Below, piece after piece: positions 41,488 through 47,692 of a stretch of 47,692 bases of DNA. How positions within the stretch are numbered: the first letter of the stretch is position 1; every line of letters starts with the position of its first letter. Under the pieces are notes generated by a model that worked only from the letters and a program-made list of their open reading frames with translations, did not search any database and was not told where the DNA came from. This DNA comes from an uncultured Gammaproteobacteria bacterium. GTDB lineage: Bacteria > Pseudomonadota > Gammaproteobacteria > Steroidobacterales > Rariloculaceae. A program made the translations under genes and the position numbers. The DNA lies in assembly GCA_913041665.1 (NCBI GenBank), contig CAJWKT010000003.1, positions 1 to 47,692 on the forward strand, in the 5' to 3' direction.

Positions 41488-42854
41488 GACCCCACCTCGT
41501 TTTTGCTGTCTTCCTCTACAAGTTTATTCACTAAAGCCTCAAGACCCATAACCCTAGAACCCTTAACAACAATGGTGACATCAGGAGCTAGTGCATTAGA
41601 AAGTTGATCTTCAGCTGCATTAATATCAACGCACATGCGGGCACCATTGCCGAAAGCCCGAGCAGCGAATTCGCTGAATTGACCAATGGCGATCAGTACA
41701 TCACATCGATCCTTAGCGTATTCGCCCACTTCGCTATGAAATTTCTCTGCATCCGGGCCAAGCTCAGCCATGTCACCCAAAACAAAGACGCGCCTACCTG
41801 CCTTTCCAGACAAATAGTCCAGGGCTGCCTTTGTTGAAGCCGGATTGGCGTTATAGCTGTCATCTACGATGGTCGAACCTAGCCTTCCGCGAAGCAAGGT
41901 CATGCGTCCATCCACCGTATGAGCATCACCTAAACCATTAATAATGTCTTCTGGGGGTGTCCCTAAGGCAAAAGTCGCTGCTGCTGCTGCCATTGCATTA
42001 AGGATATTGTGGCGTCCTGGGAGCGGAAGATGGGCCTCTAATAATTCCGCTCCTGGCAGACGTAGGGTAAAATTTGAACTGGCAGGCCCATAGGTGGGTT
42101 CACCGCTTACACAACAGTCAGCCCCGTCGCTAAACCCGAACGTAACAACTGTCTCGGCCCGACTGCGGAGGCGCCAGTCATTACAATAATGATCATCGGC
42201 ATTCAGTACAGCTACCCCAGTTGGGGGAAGGTGCTCCAGAAGTTCACCCTTAGCGGCCACTACTCCTTCCAGTGAACCAAAGCCTTCCAGGTGCGTACAA
42301 TTAGCATTAGTGATAACGCCAATCGTTGGGCATATCAGCTCACTCAAGTGAGCAATCTCTCCGGCATGATTAGCGCCCATCTCCACGATCAATACCTGAT
42401 GTTTCTCGTTCAAGCACATCAAGGTCAGCGGTACCCCTAAATCATTATTCAAGTTTCCCTGAGTTACGCAGAGCTGGCCTTGAACGCGCAGTATGCTCGC
42501 GATAAATTCCCTTACCGTAGTTTTACCGTTGCTACCTGTAACAGCTATTACCGGCAACGAAAAATTGTCCCGCCAAGCATGCGCCATTAGCCCAAAAGCT
42601 TCACGCGTGTCATTTACCCGCACCTGGGGTAGAGGGATGGCAGCCGGACTTGATACAAGTGCACCGGCAGCGCCAAGCGAGTGAGCTTCAGCGACAAAGT
42701 CATTGCCGTCGAAACGATCACCGCGGATAGCAACGAAAAGAGCTCCCGGGCTTAGGCTCCGCGTATCTATACTCACGACGTCAAAGCTTGTATCTCTTCC
42801 AATAAGCTCTCCATTAACTTTCTGTGCAACCGCAGCTAGAGTCCGCGCCACCAC
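41484..42854 (-). CDS. murF: UDP-MurNAc-tripeptide--D-Ala-D-Ala ligase
   Basis: [35 protein letters not shown]. Confidence 0.98.
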   Translation of the reverse strand: MVARTLAAVAQKVNGELIGRDTSFDVVSIDTRSLSPGALFVAIRGDRFDGNDFVAEAHSLGAAGALVSSPAAIPLPQVRVNDTREAFGLMAHAWRDNFSLPVIAVTGSNGKTTVREFIASILRVQGQLCVTQGNLNNDLGVPLTLMCLNEKHQVLIVEMGANHAGEIAHLSELICPTIGVITNANCTHLEGFGSLEGVVAAKGELLEHLPPTGVAVLNADDHYCNDWRLRSRAETVVTFGFSDGADCCVSGEPTYGPASSNFTLRLPGAELLEAHLPLPGRHNILNAMAAAAATFALGTPPEDIINGLGDAHTVDGRMTLLRGRLGSTIVDDSYNANPASTKAALDYLSGKAGRRVFVLGDMAELGPDAEKFHSEVGEYAKDRCDVLIAIGQFSEFAARAFGNGARMCVDINAAEDQLSNALAPDVTIVVKGSRVMGLEALVNKLVEEDSKNEVGS

Positions 42855-44323
42855 TAGTGACCCTTCATGGCTACTTCAACAACAGACCTGTCATTAAAAG
42901 GGTGCCTTTGTTGGCCTATTTCCTGTAAGACTTCGTGCCCTTTTCCAGCGATCAAAACAGCATCGCCCGGCGACGCCGCTCCGATAGCATTAACAATGGC
43001 TCTCTTACGATCATGCTCCACAATAACGTCAGGATGACTGGTAATTGCAGAACGGATCTGTGCAATGATTTCGCCGGGATCTTCGCCGCGAGGATTGTCA
43101 TTGGTAAGAACAATGTGATCAGCTAATTTAGCCGCTACAGCGCCCATAAGTGGGCGTTTTCCAGAGTCACGCTCTCCTCCGCAACCAAACACACACCAAG
43201 TTTCAGCAGCGGAATAGCGATTAAGGCAGGTTAGAGCATTCTCGAGTGCTGTCGGACTGTGGGCATAATCAACAATGACCCATGGTGAATCAGCCGATCC
43301 CCTGAAAACTTCCATGCGCCCAGGCGGAGTCCGGCAAAACGAAAGCATCTCACATGCATCAGCCATAGTTACATCCCAAGCAGAAAGCACGCCTAGGGCC
43401 AATAACAAATTCTCGACGTTAAAATCCCCTACCAACTTTGACTTGATTAGTCCTGTCCCGCAGAGGCCAGAAATTTGGACCGTGATACCATCCAAATCTG
43501 CCCAAAGCACTTGTCCAAAAAAATTCGCCGAGGAATCGCGAGTGCTAATACTGATTTTGGTAACGTCGTCTGGCAGCCCACGTAGCAAGGTACTGGTGAA
43601 AGGATCATCCACATTTAAAACAGCCTGCGACAGACCCGATCGTTGAAATAGCTTTGCCTTTGCACGCCCGTAGCTTGCTAGGTCGCCATGATAATCCAAA
43701 TGATCTCGACTCAAGTTAGTGAAGACGGCTGTTGGTATGTCGAGGCCGCTAATGCGATCCTGAGCCAGTGCATGCGAAGAAACCTCAACTGCCGCATAGG
43801 AGGACTGAAGATCCCTGACCTCGCGATGCAGCGTCAGACAGTCGGGTGTTGTTAATCCGTGCTCCTTAAGATCTGGCGGTATACCATAACCAAGGGTACC
43901 CACATAGCCACATGCCGCTCCTGTGTAATTCATAGCCTGGGCAATCAAATAGGCGACGGTACTCTTGCCATTAGTTCCCGTTACACCAGCAACCGCTTGG
44001 GGCGAAAAATCACACCAGAAAAATTTGCGTGCTAACTCGCCGAGTCGGTCGCTAAGACCCTCCACCGGAATACTAAATTCTGGTATTGAGCTGAAAACCG
44101 ACGCCGGCTCGTAAATAATGATGGCGGCCCCACGTCTTAGGGCGTCTTCGGCATGGGAAAGGCCGTGCTCCTGAATACCCGGTAAAGCAACAAAGGCTGA
44201 GCCTGGTGTCACTTGACGACTATCGAGAACCAGATCCGTTATCTCCACTGAACCGTGAGCTCCTGCGTTTGAACCGAGCAAATCCCCAAGCGTCATAACT
44301 GTTGTCGCCAGCGCAGCCATCAT
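42854..44323 (-). CDS. murE: UDP-MurNAc-dipeptide--meso-DAP ligase
   Basis: TGTNGKST, EVSSH, DHLDYH, DYAH, DNPR (DAP specificity), GKGHE. Confidence 0.98.
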   Translation of the reverse strand: MMAALATTVMTLGDLLGSNAGAHGSVEITDLVLDSRQVTPGSAFVALPGIQEHGLSHAEDALRRGAAIIIYEPASVFSSIPEFSIPVEGLSDRLGELARKFFWCDFSPQAVAGVTGTNGKSTVAYLIAQAMNYTGAACGYVGTLGYGIPPDLKEHGLTTPDCLTLHREVRDLQSSYAAVEVSSHALAQDRISGLDIPTAVFTNLSRDHLDYHGDLASYGRAKAKLFQRSGLSQAVLNVDDPFTSTLLRGLPDDVTKISISTRDSSANFFGQVLWADLDGITVQISGLCGTGLIKSKLVGDFNVENLLLALGVLSAWDVTMADACEMLSFCRTPPGRMEVFRGSADSPWVIVDYAHSPTALENALTCLNRYSAAETWCVFGCGGERDSGKRPLMGAVAAKLADHIVLTNDNPRGEDPGEIIAQIRSAITSHPDVIVEHDRKRAIVNAIGAASPGDAVLIAGKGHEVLQEIGQQRHPFNDRSVVEVAMKGH

Positions 44324-46047
44324 GGGCTGGCCTCAGTAAGCGCTGCAATATGTAATGCAGGCTCCTGCAGATTGTCGGGAGGTACTCCCAAAAGCCGCAA
44401 TGCACCAGAAGCAATACTTGCAAACACCGGTGCCGCAACCTCGCCGCCGTAGTAAACGCCTGTGCGAGGCTCATCGATCACCACTACCACAACCAATTTA
44501 GGCTTAGTTACAGGAGCGATACCTGCAAAAATCGCAATATATTTGTCCTCAGAGTATCCCCCAACACCCGATTTCTTCGCTGTACCGGTCTTTCCTGCCA
44601 CCCTAAATCCTGGCACGGAGGCAAGGCTTCCAGAACCCACCGACACCACTATCTCAAGCATGTCCAGCAGTGCAGCGGAAGTAGCGCTGGAAATTACGCG
44701 CTCAACTGGCAGCGGATCCCGCACTACGCGTACCGAAACAGGCCGAAAAATACCGCCTGCGGCAACCGTTGCGTACGCGCGAGCGAGCTGTAACGCAGTA
44801 ACTGAAACCCCGTAACCGTAGGATAACGTGGCCTGACCTACCGGACGCCAGTGTTGAAAATCGGTTAGAACGCCCGATGACTCTCCAGGAAAACCAGATG
44901 TGGTTGAGCGGCCGATTCCGAAATCTGAAAGTACAGTCCATAGATCCTGCTGCCCGAGTTCGAGGGCAATCTTAGTCATCCCAACATTCGAGGACTTGGC
45001 CAACACGGTGGTTACGTCAATCTCACCAAGATTATTAGGATCTTCGATAACTACGCTGTCTGACACTTTTACGAAACCGGGCGAGGTGTCAATCAATGAA
45101 TCTGCTTGATAGCGACCGCTTTCTAAGGCCGCAGCGACAACAAAAGGTTTAAAGCTCGATCCAGGCTCAAAAATGTCGGTGACTGCCCGATTTCGAATAG
45201 GGCCCGGTTTCCGCTGAGCCCCGTCGTTCGGGTTGTATGATGGCTGATTAACCATGGCAAGCACTTCGCTAGTCTCTACATCTAAAATTACAACGGAACC
45301 AGAATTTGCCCCATTATCTTGAACTGCTTGCTTCAGTTCGCGGTAGGCCAGGTACTGAAGTCTGAGATCTAAACTGGTTGCCAGTGTGCGGCCCGGCTGG
45401 GCCGGGTCTATCAGCTCAACATCCTGAACAGTTCGGCCTAAAAGGTCTCTTAGCACACGCTTGGAACCCTCTTTGCCTTCCAGGTAGTGATTAAAGGCTA
45501 ATTCCAGTCCTTCCTGGCCCCAGTCATCGATGTTGGTAAAACCAATGACGTGGCTGGTTACTTCTCCTGATGGGTAGTAGCGGCGATATTCCCTCCGTGT
45601 CTCGATGCCAGGTATTCCGAGCTGCATAACCCGAGCAGCCGAGTCGGGACGTAGATGTCGTTCCAACCAGATGAACTGACGGTCAAGGTTTGACATAATT
45701 TTTTGCGCTAACAAACCCTCATCTAGATCTAGTGCCAGAGCAAGCTCTGCCAGTCTATTCATTGCCAGCCTTATTTTCTGGGGATTCGCCGCAATGCTAT
45801 CGACCGGCGTGCTAACAGCCAGCATCTCCCCATGCCGATCAGTGATTGGGCCGCGATGAGCCGGGATAGCAACGTCGACCAAATGGCGACTATCACCTTG
45901 CGCTGATAGAAATTCTTTGTCGACAGCCTGCAGGTAAAGCAAGCGACCCCCTAAAGCAACCGCCATTAGGGCAAAGCCCATCATTAAGGTGATGCCTCGC
46001 CACCGATTTCCACCTAGGACAACAGCACTCGGATTAAATTTCTTCAC
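44320..46047 (-). CDS. ftsI: Penicillin-binding protein 3
   Basis: RGPITDR, RRYYP, EPGSSFK (SxxK), SSN, KTGT. Confidence 0.98.
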   Translation of the reverse strand: MKKFNPSAVVLGGNRWRGITLMMGFALMAVALGGRLLYLQAVDKEFLSAQGDSRHLVDVAIPAHRGPITDRHGEMLAVSTPVDSIAANPQKIRLAMNRLAELALALDLDEGLLAQKIMSNLDRQFIWLERHLRPDSAARVMQLGIPGIETRREYRRYYPSGEVTSHVIGFTNIDDWGQEGLELAFNHYLEGKEGSKRVLRDLLGRTVQDVELIDPAQPGRTLATSLDLRLQYLAYRELKQAVQDNGANSGSVVILDVETSEVLAMVNQPSYNPNDGAQRKPGPIRNRAVTDIFEPGSSFKPFVVAAALESGRYQADSLIDTSPGFVKVSDSVVIEDPNNLGEIDVTTVLAKSSNVGMTKIALELGQQDLWTVLSDFGIGRSTTSGFPGESSGVLTDFQHWRPVGQATLSYGYGVSVTALQLARAYATVAAGGIFRPVSVRVVRDPLPVERVISSATSAALLDMLEIVVSVGSGSLASVPGFRVAGKTGTAKKSGVGGYSEDKYIAIFAGIAPVTKPKLVVVVVIDEPRTGVYYGGEVAAPVFASIASGALRLLGVPPDNLQEPALHIAALTEASP

Positions 46048-46331
46048 TGGGCGGGTTCCATAACAACTAACACTTGCTCGTTACTCGGAAGACCAAGATT
46101 TAGGTGCTGCCGAGCAAGAAATTCGATCCGCGAATGAGTAGCCCAGGTACTTTGTTCGATCTGTAGCCTGCCCCAGTCAACCTGAAGACGATCGCTTTCC
46201 CGATTCAACGCTTCTAGCTCAATAAATAACTGTCTTGCCTGATGTTTTGCTGTGACAACCCAGATCCCAGAGACAGTAACTACCACGGACAAAAGCAGAG
46301 CAAACCAGAATTGTGATGTCGGAGATTTCAA
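46044..46331 (-). CDS. ftsL: Cell division protein FtsL
   Basis: TM plus coiled coil, WGRLQIEQSTWATHSRIE; lies between rsmH and ftsI. Confidence 0.94.
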   Translation of the reverse strand: MKSPTSQFWFALLLSVVVTVSGIWVVTAKHQARQLFIELEALNRESDRLQVDWGRLQIEQSTWATHSRIEFLARQHLNLGLPSNEQVLVVMEPAQ

Positions 46332-47275
46332 GTAACTTCTCCTGGCAACCGCTCGGCAATTCTCAAGCGTGCGCTGCGAGCCCTAGGGTTAAAAGCAACC
46401 TCCTTCTCCGAAGGTCTGATTAATCGGCCAACTAGCTTTAACGAGGGACGTGCATCTAGTGGAATATCAGGCAAGCCAGCGTAAACGGGATTGCCGCGTG
46501 CTTGGCCGCTCATGAACCGCTTAACAATACGATCCTCCAGCGAGTGAAAACTGATTACACAAAGCCTTCCACCCGCCCCCAAAAGTTCAACGCACTGGCT
46601 GAGCACACTTTCTAATGCGTGAAGTTCATTATTTACTTGAATGCGCAATGCTTGAAAAATGCGTGTAGCCGGATGGATCCGCCGTGAGCCAATTTTTGGG
46701 AGACTCTCCACTAACCGGGCTAACTGGCCCGTGGTGAGAATTGCCTTGCGGGCCTGTCTATCTAAAATGACTCTGGCAATCTGTCGTGCTCGTGGTTCCT
46801 CGCCGAAACGCCAAAAAACCGATGTAAGCGAATCCTCGTCTGCTTTGCTTAACCACTCTGCTGCCGTTATACCGTTTGTAGGGTTCATTCGCATGTCCAA
46901 TGGACCATCCATGGAAAAACTGAATCCCCTAGCCGCTGTTTCAAGTTGTGGGGATGAAACACCCAAATCCAGAAGGACGCCCACCAAGCGGCCACCCTTG
47001 AGCCATGGTTGAACGTGATCCCGAAGCGATTCGAAATCGGCATGGCGCACGGTAAATCGAAGATCATCGGCGAAACGGTGCATTGCATGCTCCGTAGCCT
47101 CAGGATCCTTATCCAAGGCCAATAGCCGACCTTTTCGCCCCAGCTTGTTGAGAATTTCAGCGCTATGCCCTCCGCGTCCGTAGGTTGCATCGACGTAACA
47201 ACCATTGCTAACCAATGCCAGCCCTTCTATCGCCTCGGTCATCAGCACTGGCTGATGATCAGATATAGTACTCAA
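46328..47275 (-). CDS. rsmH: 16S rRNA m4C1402 methyltransferase
   Basis: HQPVL, DATYGRGGHS, DLGVSSPQ, ISFHSLEDR, NPRARSA. Confidence 0.98.
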   Translation of the reverse strand: MSTISDHQPVLMTEAIEGLALVSNGCYVDATYGRGGHSAEILNKLGRKGRLLALDKDPEATEHAMHRFADDLRFTVRHADFESLRDHVQPWLKGGRLVGVLLDLGVSSPQLETAARGFSFSMDGPLDMRMNPTNGITAAEWLSKADEDSLTSVFWRFGEEPRARQIARVILDRQARKAILTTGQLARLVESLPKIGSRRIHPATRIFQALRIQVNNELHALESVLSQCVELLGAGGRLCVISFHSLEDRIVKRFMSGQARGNPVYAGLPDIPLDARPSLKLVGRLIRPSEKEVAFNPRARSARLRIAERLPGEVT

Positions 47276-47287
47276 CTGCTACGCTGC

Positions 47288-47692
47288 TCAGAGGGATAGT
47301 GTTTCAAGCTCTGCAGGCAAATCTGTTGTCTCGCTACCCTCTGCAAGCCACTCATCCCTGCGCGCACTCCAGTTGTCCTCGTCCCATAATTCAAATTTTT
47401 TGCCCTGACCAATAAGCGTTGCTCGCCGGACAAGACTTGCAAATTCTCGAAGTTCACGAGGAAGCAGGATGCGGCCATGGCTATCCATCTCAAGTTCCGC
47501 AGAGTATCCCAACATGAGGCGCTGCAGCTGACGCGCGTCCTTATTGAGGGAAGGCAGACGAATAAGCTTTCGCTCAATCTCCTCCCAATCAGGTAGTGGG
47601 TAAATAAGTAGGCAATAATCCAGGTCCACAGTGACAATTAAATGCCCTTCGGACCGGCTCTCAAGCTGCTCCCGATATCGGCTAGGGATCGC
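47288..47692 (-). CDS. mraZ: Transcriptional regulator MraZ, 5'-partial
   Basis: Frame open to window end (AIPSRYRE...), CLLIYP..W, DSHGRILLP, GQGKKFELWD. Confidence 0.96.
   Translation of the reverse strand, partial: AIPSRYREQLESRSEGHLIVTVDLDYCLLIYPLPDWEEIERKLIRLPSLNKDARQLQRLMLGYSAELEMDSHGRILLPRELREFASLVRRATLIGQGKKFELWDEDNWSARRDEWLAEGSETTDLPAELETLSL

Noticed and set aside
5191-47205. Many 60-170 aa ORFs antisense to or nested within housekeeping genes
   Set aside because: Shadow frames of conserved genes with no independent motifs.
1-47692. tRNA, rRNA, riboswitch or intact IS elements
   Set aside because: None recognised by eye; a covariance-model scan would be needed to exclude small RNAs.

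Overview
Gammaproteobacterial chromosome segment. Positions ~4.76-47.7 kb are housekeeping backbone, mostly on the minus strand: the dcw cluster (mraZ[partial]-rsmH-ftsL-ftsI-murE-murF-mraY-murD-ftsW-murG-murC-murB-ftsQ-ftsA-ftsZ-lpxC), a DUF721/DciA-like gene, secA-mutT, pilD-coaE-zapD, sucC-sucD-nadE, bamD, rluD-clpB, and fmdB-DUF502-aspS-nudB-hydrolase-GT4-pncC-thpR-recA-recX-alaS. Positions 1-4.76 kb are an AT-richer mosaic accessory region with two MORN-type repeat genes, a pabB-pabC fusion, several truncated small ORFs and a tyrosine-recombinase C-terminal remnant. Main findings: (1) SecA carries an ungapped 54-aa insert resembling the N-terminal domain of translation initiation factor IF3 in its PPXD loop. 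(2) One accessory gene has no GpC dinucleotide over 416 nt (18 CpG by hand count) and encodes no Ala. (3) A ~133-bp leader is duplicated in front of both MORN genes and brackets pabBC plus the integrase remnant. (4) A heavily decayed M23-peptidase-like relic lies upstream of secA, and several usually syntenic genes (ddl, pil cluster, pgeF, yacG, argJ) are absent from their usual positions. All alignments and counts are by eye; reference sequences are from memory and no searches were run.
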